Assembly (NCBI GenBank): GCA_021819135.1
Contig: JAKASE010000009.1
Coordinates: forward strand, 15,408 to 79,407
DNA length: 64,000 bases
Direction: 5' to 3'
DNA from: Thermoplasmata archaeon
GTDB lineage: Archaea; Thermoplasmatota; Thermoplasmata; Lutacidiplasmatales; UBA184
Position 1 is the stretch's first letter. Each line of letters starts with the position of its first letter. Under the pieces are notes generated by a model that worked only from the letters and a program-made list of their open reading frames with translations, did no database searches and had not been told where the DNA came from. Positions 37,247 through 46,215 of the stretch are shown here, one piece after another. The position numbers and the translations under genes were made by a program.

Positions 37247-37861
37247 TTAGGGGATGACCTTCGTCTGGACGCGCCGCGTGGGGCGGCGGTTGCGGGCCCG
37301 GGACGGTCGGAACCGCTCGGCTCCCTTGCCGCTCCAGCGCAGGCCCCGGCCCGTGATGCCGGCGCTCGTGAGCCCGCGGTAGACCCGACCCTTCTGGGTC
37401 GGGGCGCTGATCCAGGCGATCTTCGGATCGGCCCGGATCTCCGGATGGTCCGGGTCGACCAGGATGATCTCGAAGAACTTCTGCTTCCCGTCCTCGCCGA
37501 GCCAGTAGGAGTTCAGGACCTCGAGGTTCGGGTAGTGCTTCTGCGCCCGTTCCTCGGCGATCCGACGCAGGCTCTTCGAGAGCGTCATCTGCAGGATCCC
37601 CTTGTGCTTCGGGCGGCGGCCCGCGATGATCGCGCGCTTGCGCTGACCCCCGCGACGGACGCGCACCCGGACGACCACGAACCCGCCCTTCGCCCGGTAG
37701 CCGACGGCCCGGGCGCGGTCGAGCCGGGTCGGGTGCTCGAGCCGGGTCACGGTGTTCTCCCGGCGCCAGTTCAAGAGGCGCTCGTGGCGGAGGTCCGCTC
37801 CCTCGTCCCCCTGGGTCTGGCGGAACGAGCGGGACATGTACCGGTAGACGCTGGGCGACAT
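37247..37861 (-). CDS. rpl15e: 50S ribosomal protein L15e
   Basis: 204 aa (MSPSVYRYMSRSFRQTQGDE...RLLNWRRENTVTRLEHPTRLDRARAVGYRAKGGFVVVRVRVRRGG), the canonical L15e sequence. Confidence 0.9.
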   Translation of the reverse strand: MSPSVYRYMSRSFRQTQGDEGADLRHERLLNWRRENTVTRLEHPTRLDRARAVGYRAKGGFVVVRVRVRRGGQRKRAIIAGRRPKHKGILQMTLSKSLRRIAEERAQKHYPNLEVLNSYWLGEDGKQKFFEIILVDPDHPEIRADPKIAWISAPTQKGRVYRGLTSAGITGRGLRWSGKGAERFRPSRARNRRPTRRVQTKVIP

Positions 37862-37888
37862 GGAAGGCGGCGCGGGGGACCCACGTCC

Positions 37889-37900
37889 CGATTATAAGCA
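37889..37900 (-). promoter_or_regulatory. TATA-like box (minus strand CTTATAAT) ~30 nt upstream of L15e start, in divergent L15e / GNAT-like intergenic region
   Basis: The only AT-rich octamer in the 37862-37936 spacer. Confidence 0.35.
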
Positions 37901-37936
37901 TAGTGGAAGTGCGGAGCGGCCGGACGAGAGGGGCGG

Positions 37937-38818
37937 ATGCGCTCGGAGAGGGCCGCGGGCGACGGGGCCGGAATGACCCTTCGCCTCCTTTCGAGCCCGG
38001 AAGAGTACCGGGCCGTGGAGGAGGTCCAGCGCGAGGCCTGGGGTCTCGGCGGCGACGGACCGGTCCCTGCGACGATCCAGCGGGCGATCCAGGACAACGG
38101 AGGGATCCTCCTCGGGGCCTTCGACAAGGACCGCATGGTCGGCTTCACCCTCGGGTTCCTCGGACGCGAGGAGGGCCGCCTCTACCATTACTCGCACATG
38201 ACCGGGGTCCGTCCCCCCTACCAGAACCGGTCGGTCGGCTTCGCCCTCAAGGTCCGCCAGCGGGCGGAGGCCCTCGCGCAGGGCCTCGACGAGATCCGCT
38301 GGACGTTCGACCCGCTCCAGAGCCGCAACGCGTTCTTCAACATCCATCGGCTCGGCGGCACCCCGGACCGCTACTACCCCCGGTACTACGGGACGATGCG
38401 GGATGCGCTCAACGAGGGCCTCGAGACCGACCGGCTCCGGCTGGTCTGGCGCCTCAAGGACCCGCGGGTCGAGGCCCGGCTCGCCGGCGAGTGCCCGACC
38501 TCCGAGGAGGACGAGAAGCGCGTGCGGGAGTCGACCCCGCTCGTCGAGACCGCGCTCGGGGACCAGGGGTTGCGGCGTCCGGCCCACGTCCGGCCTCCCG
38601 AGGCGGACCGGGTCCACCTCGAGATCCCCCCCGACCTGCACGCGGTCCGGACCCGGGACCCGGGGGTGACCCGGCGCTGGCGCGACGTCACGCGGGAGGC
38701 GTTCCTCCAGGCGTTCGCGCACCAGTACCGGGTCGATGACTTCGTGACCGTGAGACTGGGCGGGGAGCGGCGGAGCTTCTATCTCTGCTCGCGTGCGGAG
38801 CGCACCGATGGAGCTTAG
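37937..38818 (+). CDS. hypothetical protein, possible GNAT-fold N-acyltransferase (COG3375-like)
   Basis: 293 aa with no confidently recognised motif. Pattern MVGFTLGFLG...LYHYSHMTGVRPPYQNRSVGFALKVRQRAEA recalls acetyl/succinyl-transferase folds. Paired with an OSBS/NSAR-family gene. Confidence 0.4.
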   Translation: MRSERAAGDGAGMTLRLLSSPEEYRAVEEVQREAWGLGGDGPVPATIQRAIQDNGGILLGAFDKDRMVGFTLGFLGREEGRLYHYSHMTGVRPPYQNRSVGFALKVRQRAEALAQGLDEIRWTFDPLQSRNAFFNIHRLGGTPDRYYPRYYGTMRDALNEGLETDRLRLVWRLKDPRVEARLAGECPTSEEDEKRVRESTPLVETALGDQGLRRPAHVRPPEADRVHLEIPPDLHAVRTRDPGVTRRWRDVTREAFLQAFAHQYRVDDFVTVRLGGERRSFYLCSRAERTDGA

Positions 38819-39923
38819 AGGCGCCCGTCTCGACGAGCTCGAGCTCGAGCTGGTCGAACCGTTCGAGACGAGCTTCGGGGTCGAGAAGCGACGGCGGTTC
38901 CTCCTGCTCGAGCTCGAGGAGCGTTCCGGCGAGGTCGGCTACGGCGAGTGCGTGGCGACCGCGGATCCGCTCTACTCGAGCGAGACCGTCACGACCGCGA
39001 ACGAGATGATCGCGACGCGGTTCCTGCCGGAGCTGCTCCGCTCCCGGTCCGTGGACCCCGCGTCGTTCCTCCGCTCGGCCGCGCGCTACAAGGGCAACCG
39101 GATGGCCAAGGCGGCGGTCGAGACCGCGCTGGTCGACCTCGCCGCCCGGCTCTCGGGGGAGTCGGTCGCGGACCACCTGGGAGGAGGGCGGCGCCGCATC
39201 GAGGTCGGCGTGAGCGTCGGGATCCAGCCGACGGTCGCCGGGCTCGTCCGCCGCGTCGGGCGGTACCTCGACGACGGGTACCGTCGCATCAAGCTCAAGG
39301 TGCGCCCCGGCTGGGATGCGCGGCCGGTCCGTGCGGTCCGGGCCGCGTACCCCGACATCGAGATCTGGGTGGACGCGAACCAGGCCTATCCGACCCGAAA
39401 CGTGGCGAGGATCCGCCGATGGGCGACCGCCTCCCGGGTGGCCCAGGTCGAGCAGGCGTTCCCCGAGCGGGCGATCCGCGCCCACGCGGACCTCGCGCGG
39501 GGAGCCCCGTTCCGGGTCTGCCTCGACGAGTCGGTCGTCGACATGCCCTCGCTTGAGGACGCGCTCGATGCGGGGGCGATCTCGAGCCTGAACGTCAAGA
39601 CCGGCCGGGTCGGGGGGGCCGAGGTCGGCCAGGCGCTCGCGCGCCGGGCCCGACGCGCCCGGGTCCCCGCCTGGGTCGGAGGGATGCTCGAGAGCGGCGT
39701 CGGCCGGGCGCACAACGTCCACCTCGCCTCGCTCCCCGAGTTCGTCCTCCCGAACGACCTCTCGGCGAGCGACCGGTACTACCACGAGGACGTGATCGAG
39801 CGGCCGTTCGTCCTCGGTCCCGGCAGCACCCTCGAGGTACCGAAAGGCCCCGGGATCGGGGTCGAGGTGTCGGAGCGAGCGGTCCGCCGCGCGCGCCGCC
39901 GCTCGCGGACGTTCCGCCGCTAG
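38808..39923 (+). CDS. enolase-superfamily enzyme, o-succinylbenzoate synthase / N-acylamino-acid racemase subgroup
   Basis: Capping domain then TIM-barrel with KLKV...WVDANQAY...LDES (metal ligands D/E/D pattern) and K-x-K motif (IKLKV), ~370 aa. The ORF-track start at 38793 overlaps the upstream gene, so ATG 38808 is preferred. Confidence 0.7.
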   Translation: MELRGARLDELELELVEPFETSFGVEKRRRFLLLELEERSGEVGYGECVATADPLYSSETVTTANEMIATRFLPELLRSRSVDPASFLRSAARYKGNRMAKAAVETALVDLAARLSGESVADHLGGGRRRIEVGVSVGIQPTVAGLVRRVGRYLDDGYRRIKLKVRPGWDARPVRAVRAAYPDIEIWVDANQAYPTRNVARIRRWATASRVAQVEQAFPERAIRAHADLARGAPFRVCLDESVVDMPSLEDALDAGAISSLNVKTGRVGGAEVGQALARRARRARVPAWVGGMLESGVGRAHNVHLASLPEFVLPNDLSASDRYYHEDVIERPFVLGPGSTLEVPKGPGIGVEVSERAVRRARRRSRTFRR

Positions 39924-40393
39924 GACGCAGCCGCCGTGTCGGACGCCTCGCCCGACGGGGCCCCCTCGCTCTTGGGGGGTCCGGTCCAGGGGAGGTGGGC
40001 CTCGGGCGGGCGAACGACCTTCGCCGTCGCGTGGCTCTCCGAGTGGACGACCCGCTCGAGGTGGGTCTGCATCTCGCGGACGAACCGGTCCATGCGGGAC
40101 CGCTCGTGCATCGGCACCTCGCTCGGGCCGACCCAGACGAGGGCGGCGCCCCCGCTCGTCGGATAGAAACGGAAACGGACCTCGCTGGCGGCCGAGGGGA
40201 CCGCCGGGTTCATCCGGCCGAGCCGGCCCACGACCCGGCTCTCCACGGGCTCGGTCGACTCGCTCCGCTCGACCGTGAACCCGAGCGTCCCGAGGTAGTC
40301 CACGAGGTACGCGGCGAACCGCTCGCGCCCGATGCCTCTCACCCGCAGCCAATCACCGTTGCCTTCGACCATGAGACCCCCGGTCCATCGCAC
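39920..40393 (-). CDS. hypothetical protein
   Basis: 157 aa ORF with protein-like composition. No family recognised. Overlaps neighbouring gene ends by a few codons on both sides. Confidence 0.3.
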   Translation of the reverse strand: MRWTGGLMVEGNGDWLRVRGIGRERFAAYLVDYLGTLGFTVERSESTEPVESRVVGRLGRMNPAVPSAASEVRFRFYPTSGGAALVWVGPSEVPMHERSRMDRFVREMQTHLERVVHSESHATAKVVRPPEAHLPWTGPPKSEGAPSGEASDTAAAS

Positions 40394-41102
40394 GCCCGAG
40401 GCTCTTGAAGAGCCCGAGCATCATCCGGTACTCCGCCTCTGTCGGCGTCGCCCGGCCAAGAACCCGACGATACAGGAGGATTAAACCCCGTCGTTTGTGC
40501 GCCGGGTAGCCGATCCGGGCGAGAAGCTCGGCCAGACGGGTGAGGAAGAGCTCCTTTTCGCGCCCGTTCAGCGCGAGGACGTCCGGCGCCGGGGTCGTCT
40601 CGGGATCGACCGGTCCCCGCGCCCGGTGGACCGCGTAGAGGACGATCCCGGCGGCGTGGGAGAGGTTGAGGGTCGGATACTCCCGACGTGCCGGTATGTG
40701 CACGAGGAGGTCGCACTTCGCGAGCTCCTCCCGGGAGAGCCCGTTGTCCTCGGGACCAAAGACGAGCGCGACGCGGCCCTCGACCGTCCGCAGGACCTCC
40801 CCGAGACGCTCGGGGCTCACCGACCGCCGCAGGTAGGCGCTCGAGCGCCCGGTCGACAGGTCGGTCGTCCCGACCACGAGGTCGGCCCCCTCGACGGCGC
40901 GGTCGAACGAACGGACGCGCGTCGCGGCCCGGAGGAGCGGAAGCCCGGCCATCGACCGCCGGCGGGCCTCGGCGCCGATCCGGGCCCGTGACGCGACCAG
41001 GACGAGGCCGTCGGCGCCGAAGTTCCGGGCGGCCCGAGCGACCGCCCCGACGTTCCCGTCCTCCTTCGGACGGACGAGGACGACGTCGAGCCGGACCGTC
41101 AC
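40353..41102 (-). CDS. SpoU/TrmH-family RNA 2'-O-methyltransferase (SPOUT)
   Basis: MTVRLDVVLVRPKEDGNVGAVARAARNFGADGLVLV (motif 1), LVFGPEDNGLS (motif 2), LVHIP...LNLSHAAGIVLY (motif 3). Confidence 0.8.
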   Translation of the reverse strand: MTVRLDVVLVRPKEDGNVGAVARAARNFGADGLVLVASRARIGAEARRRSMAGLPLLRAATRVRSFDRAVEGADLVVGTTDLSTGRSSAYLRRSVSPERLGEVLRTVEGRVALVFGPEDNGLSREELAKCDLLVHIPARREYPTLNLSHAAGIVLYAVHRARGPVDPETTPAPDVLALNGREKELFLTRLAELLARIGYPAHKRRGLILLYRRVLGRATPTEAEYRMMLGLFKSLGRAMDRGSHGRRQR

Positions 41103-42163
41103 CCGGCGGTCCCCTCCGCGAAAAGATGCCGGACCATCCAGTCCGCGTCGAACGGGGCGAAGTCCCCGTACCCCTGGCCGATCCCGATGAAGACGATCGG
41201 CTTCTTCGTGACGAAGGTCGTGCTGAGGGCGGCGCCCCCTTTCACGTCGGCGTCGAGCTTCGTCAGGACGAGCCCGTCGAACCCGATCGCCCGGTCGAAC
41301 AGCTTCGCCTGCTCGACCACGTCGTTCCCGCTCAGTGCGTCACCGACGAACAGGGTCAGGGCCGGCGAGACAACGCGCCGGATCTTCTTCGCCTCCTCGA
41401 TGAGGTTCTCGTTCGTGTGCTGGCGGCCGGCCGTGTCGACCAGGACGACGTCGACATGCTTGGCCTTCGCGTGCTGAACGGCGTCGAAGGCGACCGCGGC
41501 GGGGTCGCTCCCCTCCTGCTGGCGGACCACCCGGATGCCGAGGCGCTCGCCGTGGACGAGGAGCTGTTCGATCGCGCCTGCCCGGAACGTGTCGGACGCG
41601 GCGATCACGCTCGAGAGTCCCTGGGCGCGGAGCCATCCGGCGAGCTTCGCGATCGTGGTCGTCTTGCCGGTGCCGTTGACCCCGACGAACAGGATGACGT
41701 ACGGCGAGCCCGCGTGTCCGCGGATCGCCGCGGCGAGGTCGATCGGGGGCCGGGCGAGGATCGAGCGCACCGACCGCTCGAGGGTCACGCGGATCGCCTC
41801 CTCCGCCTCGACCCCGTACCGGAGCTTCTTCCCGGCGAGGTCCTTGCGAAGGTCGCGCCGGAGCCGCTCGATCACCGGCAGCGAGACGTCGGACTGGAGG
41901 AGCGCGATCTCGAGGTCGTCCATGACGTCCTCGATCTTCTCCTCCTTCAGGCGGCGGCCGAACATCCCGTCCGAGAACATCCCCTCCTCGGAGCCCCGGG
42001 GGGCCGGTTCGGGAGCGCGGGGGGCCGGCGCCGTGCGCTCCGCCGCCGGAGGGGGCGTCGCGGATACGGCCGCAGGGGCCCGCGGTTCCGGGGACGTCGG
42101 GGAGGTGGCGGTCGGCTCTTCCTCGGCGCGGCGCCGCAGCCGGGCCTTAATCGCCGCCCACAT
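41099..42163 (-). CDS. ftsY: signal recognition particle receptor FtsY
   Basis: SRP54-type NG domain with VILFVGVNGTGKTTTIAKLA (G1), DTAGRQH (G3), TKLD (G4). The short acidic/Pro-rich N-terminus is typical of archaeal FtsY. Confidence 0.9.
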   Translation of the reverse strand: MWAAIKARLRRRAEEEPTATSPTSPEPRAPAAVSATPPPAAERTAPAPRAPEPAPRGSEEGMFSDGMFGRRLKEEKIEDVMDDLEIALLQSDVSLPVIERLRRDLRKDLAGKKLRYGVEAEEAIRVTLERSVRSILARPPIDLAAAIRGHAGSPYVILFVGVNGTGKTTTIAKLAGWLRAQGLSSVIAASDTFRAGAIEQLLVHGERLGIRVVRQQEGSDPAAVAFDAVQHAKAKHVDVVLVDTAGRQHTNENLIEEAKKIRRVVSPALTLFVGDALSGNDVVEQAKLFDRAIGFDGLVLTKLDADVKGGAALSTTFVTKKPIVFIGIGQGYGDFAPFDADWMVRHLFAEGTAG

Positions 42164-42614
42164 CGGAGCCCATCGCGTTCGCCCGGGCGACCTGGTCGAG
42201 CCGGCGCGAGAGGATCTGGATCCGTTCGTCGAGCGCGGTCATCTGGCCCTCGAGGTCGCGGATCGCCTGGTCGATCTGGAGGATCCGCTGGGAGAGCAGC
42301 TCGACCACCTTCGGCCGCTCCATCTCCACCACGACCCCCGAGCCGACCCCGAGGAGCACCGCGGCGCGGCGGTCGACCGAACCTCGGACATAGGTCTCCG
42401 CTCCCAGCGGCAGGAGGAGCTCCGCGTCCGCGGCCGCTCCCTCCACTCCTTCGAGGCTCTCACGGGCCCTCAGGTGTTCCTGGCGCGAGCCGGTCAGGAG
42501 CTGGTGTTGCTGGAGGGCCGCGTTGAACTGCGAGCGGTAGGCGTCGAGCCGCATGAGGTCCTCCTGGACCTCTCTCTCCATCTGCCCCTCAGGGGGGGCC
42601 TCGGGCGTCGCCAT
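42147..42614 (-). CDS. pfdA: prefoldin alpha subunit
   Basis: 155 aa from internal ATG (MATPEAPPEGQMEREVQEDLMRLDAYRSQFNAALQQ...). Coiled-coil / beta-hairpin / coiled-coil layout. Canonical LX-pfdA-ftsY order. Confidence 0.75.
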   Translation of the reverse strand: MATPEAPPEGQMEREVQEDLMRLDAYRSQFNAALQQHQLLTGSRQEHLRARESLEGVEGAAADAELLLPLGAETYVRGSVDRRAAVLLGVGSGVVVEMERPKVVELLSQRILQIDQAIRDLEGQMTALDERIQILSRRLDQVARANAMGSDVGGD

Positions 42615-42779
42615 GAATCGGCGCCGGGGACCCCCGCGAGCCCTTAAGGTCGGCGCCTCGGCACCGGGCTCCGGTCGATCCATCCCGGTCCGGGCGCCCG
42701 ACACTTGGGGATCAAGCACCGGCGATCGAGCAGATAGGAGATCCCACGGGGGCCTACGCGGGTCGGGAGAATGGCTGCG

Positions 42780-42968
42780 TCAGTCCGGCTTCGCTTCCCG
42801 GACCGACTCGATCCGGATCTGGTGGCGCTTCACGTGGTGGCAACCCCCGATCTCGGAGAGGGCCCACTCGCGGACCATCTCGCCGGATTCGGCCTCGTGG
42901 GTCTTCGTGAACGGTTGCCAATAGCCCCGCCGGGCATAGAACGACCCCGTGACCGTCCACATCGCCAT
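42780..42968 (-). CDS. rplX: 50S ribosomal protein LX (L18Ae/L20A family)
   Basis: 62 aa from internal ATG (MAMWTVTGSFYARRGYWQPFTKTHEAESGEMVREWALSEIGGCHHVKRHQIRIESVREA). Matches the archaeal LX pattern (F..G.F.....WQ.FTK...A.....A.E.V.SE.GS.H.VKR..I.I..V). Confidence 0.7.
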   Translation of the reverse strand: MAMWTVTGSFYARRGYWQPFTKTHEAESGEMVREWALSEIGGCHHVKRHQIRIESVREAKPD

Positions 42969-43008
42969 CGTGGTTCCTCGGGAGCGGCGCAGGATTCCGG
43001 GGGGGTCT

Positions 43009-45018
43009 TTAACGTTGCGGGGACGCCGAGAGGCTTGCCCGGAGCCTTTCGGAGACCCGCCAGGCCACCGCGAGGATCGAGAGCATCGGGTTCGCGCCGG
43101 GAGCGGAGGGCAGGAGGGCGCCATCGGCCACCCAGAGCCCCTCCACTCCGTGGACCTCGCCGGAGGGACCGCACGCGGAGGTGCGGGCGTCCGGGCCCGC
43201 GCGCGCCGAGCCCAGCGGGTGGGCGGAGAAGAGCGCGATCGAGTTCTCGCGCACCCCAGCGGCCGTGACCCCCGCGATGAACCGATCGAGGTCGGCCGGG
43301 GAGATCGGCCGGGTCCCGTCCCCGGCCTCCACGGGCGGCATGTGGAGCGAGAGGACCCGCGTCGCTCCCGCGGCCGTCACCAGGCGCGCGGTCTCGACCA
43401 TGCCCCGCACCAGATTGTTCCGGTCACGCGCCGTGAGCGTGTACTCGTAGAGGGGCTGCCCTTCCCCGTCGAAGCGCACCCGTCCCTCGCCGACGTCGCG
43501 GACGAGGACGATCGGGGTCGCGATCCGCTCCAGGCGCTCCATCTCGCGCCGGTACCGCTCGGCCCCGGTCCATGGCAGGGCGATCGCCGCGAGGCCGGGG
43601 TGGGCCGGAGCGACCTCCATCCAGGGTCCGTGGGCGCCCTCGTCCGTCGTCTGGAACTTGTATACTCCCACCGTCTGATGCGGCCCGCTCCACGTGCGGA
43701 CCGGGAACGGGAACTCGACCGCGAGGGCGGTCGTCGGGTCCAGCCTCAGTCCCGCACCGACCCCCGGCGAACGGATCCCCGACCGCCAGAGGACCGCCGG
43801 CGTCTGGAGCGCCCCGGCCGAGACCACGATGGCCCGCGCCCGGATCCGTACCGAGAGCGCCCGCCCCCCCGCCCGGCTCGTGGCGCGGACACCGCGGGCC
43901 CGGCCCTGCTCGATCTCGACCGAGTCGACCCGGGTGCGGTCGTAGACGCGCGCCCCGCCGCGCATCGCCCCGGCGAGGAACGTCACCGACGTGGCCTGCC
44001 GGGCCGAATACGGGCAGCCGAAGGTGCAGAAGCCGCAGCGGGACCGGCACCCGACCGCGTTGCGGGAGATGATGTCCCAGTCCACGCCTTGACGGTACCC
44101 GAGCGCGATCGCCCCGCGCCGCAGCGCGTCGTTCGAGGGATTGACGGTGCTCTCCTCAGTCGAGACGTGGATCCGCTCGGAGACCGCCGCGAGGTCGCGG
44201 TCGAAGTCGGGGCCGTCGATCCCGACCATCCCTCCGTCCCGGGCCCATTCGGCGCGGGCCTCCGGCCTCGGCCTCAGGCAGGTCATCCAGTTGATCGCGG
44301 TCGATCCCCCCACCGTCTCGCCGGCGAGAATGCCGAACGCTCCATCGCGCGTGGTCGCGACCCCGTGGCGATAGAACAGATGCTCGTGGGCCGCCCGCTC
44401 GACCCGGGGGTACTCCTCGGGGGAGAACCAGGCACCGGCCTCGAGGACGACCACCCGGTATCCGGCGGCGACCATCCGCTCGGCCACCACGCCGCCGCCC
44501 GCCCCGCTGCCGACGACGACCACGTCGGTGGTCTCCTCGACCTCCGCCGTGGGGCGCACCGGACGGGCGCCTCCGTAGGGGTCCGGCATCGGCGGCTCGG
44601 ACGGGGGAAGCTCGTAGTGGATGCGGCTCCAGAGCGGGTGCGGCTGACCACCAAGCGGCCCGGAGTAGTACACCCCTCCCGAGAGGCGCTTCGCCGCGTG
44701 GAACGCCTTCCGCTTCACGGCGAGCCGGCTCTGCGACCAGCCGAGCAGGTACGCCGCCCGACGTTCGGGGGGAAGACGGCTGAACCGGACCGGTCGGCCC
44801 GTGAGGAGCAGGTTGAGCCAAGGGTTGTCGAGGGTCCGCAGCAGCGTCGAGAACTCCTTTCTCTGGCCCGCCGGCAGGTCCGCGATCAGCGACCGGACGT
44901 CGCGGTCGATGCCCACCGCGCTGGCGGCCGGATAGGCCGGGCCCGTGCCGTCCGCGGGGAACCCGGGGAGGAACGTATCGAGAAGGGGCGCGAGCGCCGC
45001 CTCGCCTCCGGTGGCCAC
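43009..45018 (-). CDS. GMC-family FAD-dependent oxidoreductase (long-chain alcohol/cholesterol oxidase-like)
   Basis: FAD fingerprint DVVVVGSGAGGGVVAERMVAAGYRVVVLEAG, central GMC N-domain, C-terminal LWVADGALLPSAPGANPMLSILAVAWRVSERL active-site region. 669 aa including a ~150 aa N-terminal extension. Confidence 0.8.
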   Translation of the reverse strand: MATGGEAALAPLLDTFLPGFPADGTGPAYPAASAVGIDRDVRSLIADLPAGQRKEFSTLLRTLDNPWLNLLLTGRPVRFSRLPPERRAAYLLGWSQSRLAVKRKAFHAAKRLSGGVYYSGPLGGQPHPLWSRIHYELPPSEPPMPDPYGGARPVRPTAEVEETTDVVVVGSGAGGGVVAERMVAAGYRVVVLEAGAWFSPEEYPRVERAAHEHLFYRHGVATTRDGAFGILAGETVGGSTAINWMTCLRPRPEARAEWARDGGMVGIDGPDFDRDLAAVSERIHVSTEESTVNPSNDALRRGAIALGYRQGVDWDIISRNAVGCRSRCGFCTFGCPYSARQATSVTFLAGAMRGGARVYDRTRVDSVEIEQGRARGVRATSRAGGRALSVRIRARAIVVSAGALQTPAVLWRSGIRSPGVGAGLRLDPTTALAVEFPFPVRTWSGPHQTVGVYKFQTTDEGAHGPWMEVAPAHPGLAAIALPWTGAERYRREMERLERIATPIVLVRDVGEGRVRFDGEGQPLYEYTLTARDRNNLVRGMVETARLVTAAGATRVLSLHMPPVEAGDGTRPISPADLDRFIAGVTAAGVRENSIALFSAHPLGSARAGPDARTSACGPSGEVHGVEGLWVADGALLPSAPGANPMLSILAVAWRVSERLRASLSASPQR

Positions 45019-45262
45019 GCGCGGCCCACGCCGTCGGCCTATTTCGAACTATCAGCGGATCCTGAGGAACGACGTCGGGAGGCCTCGAAGCGCTCCCGTT
45101 CGTCGGACCAGCGTTCCCGACGTTCCCTCAGGGATCGCTCGGACGGTTCGTGGGAGATCGGCGGAGCGGCAGGGGCAGGCGCCGCGGCGGGGCCCTCCGC
45201 CGGCGGGGGGGCCGGCGAGAGGTCCGGGGCGTTCTCTTCGGTCGGCTGGAGCGTGCGCTGGG

Positions 45263-46162
45263 TCATGCCGCGAGGGCTCTCACGCCCATCCATCGCTCTT
45301 CGACCTCGGGATCGGTCCATCCCACGGTGGGAGAAAAGACGACGCGGTCCCCCCAGAGTTCCCGCGCGGCGGGGTACTCCTCGACGGAGAGCGGGAGGAC
45401 GATCCCGTCCGCGTGGATCGCCTCCGCCCGGTCCCGTACCACGGGGGGCCAGTCGGCCGGTGGCGGACCGGTGAGCGTGAGGGAGAGCTTCGGGTCGAAC
45501 CGGGCGAGGACCTCACGGGCGAACGGCTCACCGGTGGAGGAGGCGACGAGCGCGACCCGACAGCCGCGCTTCATCATGAGGAACGCGCCGAGCGCGCCGC
45601 GGGTCCCCTCGACGAAGGCAACGAGCCGGCCCGCGACCCCCAGCGGGAGCCCGCCGGGGCCTTCCCGCCGGTCGAACGAGAGGTAGGTACGGGGGCCCCG
45701 GACCTCGACGAACAGCTCGACCTCGGGACGCTCGAGGTCGACCGAGAGCGATCGGTCGGCGAACCGCTCGAGAACGTCGCCCCCGAGGTCGCGGGCCAGT
45801 TCCTGGCTCGTGAACGGATGCTGCCCGGTGCGGCGGGCCCGCACCGCGAACCGGGCGCCGGGACGAAGCCGTTCCCCGGAGAGCTCGAGGAGCCGGTCCC
45901 GGATGATCTCCCGTTCGCTCGCCACCTCGTGTACCTCGCTCACCGAGGTCACCCCGAAGACCCGGCGCAGGACTCCGATCGCCCGGCTCGGCACCGCCGT
46001 CTCGACGTAGAGATGGCCGCGGTCCGACCGCAGCCGTACCTCGATCCCCTCGCGGACGAACTGCTCGAGGATGTTCCGGCGCAGCGTCCGCTCGAACTCC
46101 CGGCGGACCGGCGGGGACTTGAGGGCGAGTTCGCCATAGCGGACGAGCAGGAGCCCCGGCAT
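45263..46162 (-). CDS. ThiI-like THUMP-domain protein with degenerate PP-loop (truncated relative to ThiI)
   Basis: N-terminal ferredoxin-like + THUMP region (MPGLLLVRYGELALKSPPVRREFERTLRRNI...). The position of the ThiI PP-loop reads LVAFVEGTRGALGAFLMMKRGC: LMMKRG is conserved but SGGxDS is lost. Only 299 aa, with no rhodanese domain. Confidence 0.6.
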   Translation of the reverse strand: MPGLLLVRYGELALKSPPVRREFERTLRRNILEQFVREGIEVRLRSDRGHLYVETAVPSRAIGVLRRVFGVTSVSEVHEVASEREIIRDRLLELSGERLRPGARFAVRARRTGQHPFTSQELARDLGGDVLERFADRSLSVDLERPEVELFVEVRGPRTYLSFDRREGPGGLPLGVAGRLVAFVEGTRGALGAFLMMKRGCRVALVASSTGEPFAREVLARFDPKLSLTLTGPPPADWPPVVRDRAEAIHADGIVLPLSVEEYPAARELWGDRVVFSPTVGWTDPEVEERWMGVRALAA

Positions 46163-46215
46163 CGCGAACCGTTATCAGAGACGTCCCGTTCAAGAGCTTC
46201 TCGGACGGAGTCCCC

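Noticed and set aside
43424-44821. Several 160-220 aa ORFs inside the GMC oxidoreductase locus
   Set aside because: Alternative frames of a gene with a clear FAD fingerprint and GMC C-terminal signature.
45039-45320. 93-aa ORF upstream of the GMC oxidoreductase
   Set aside because: No recognisable motif and low-complexity Pro/Ala/Arg/Ser content. It overlaps the 3' end of the ThiI-like gene. Likely spurious.
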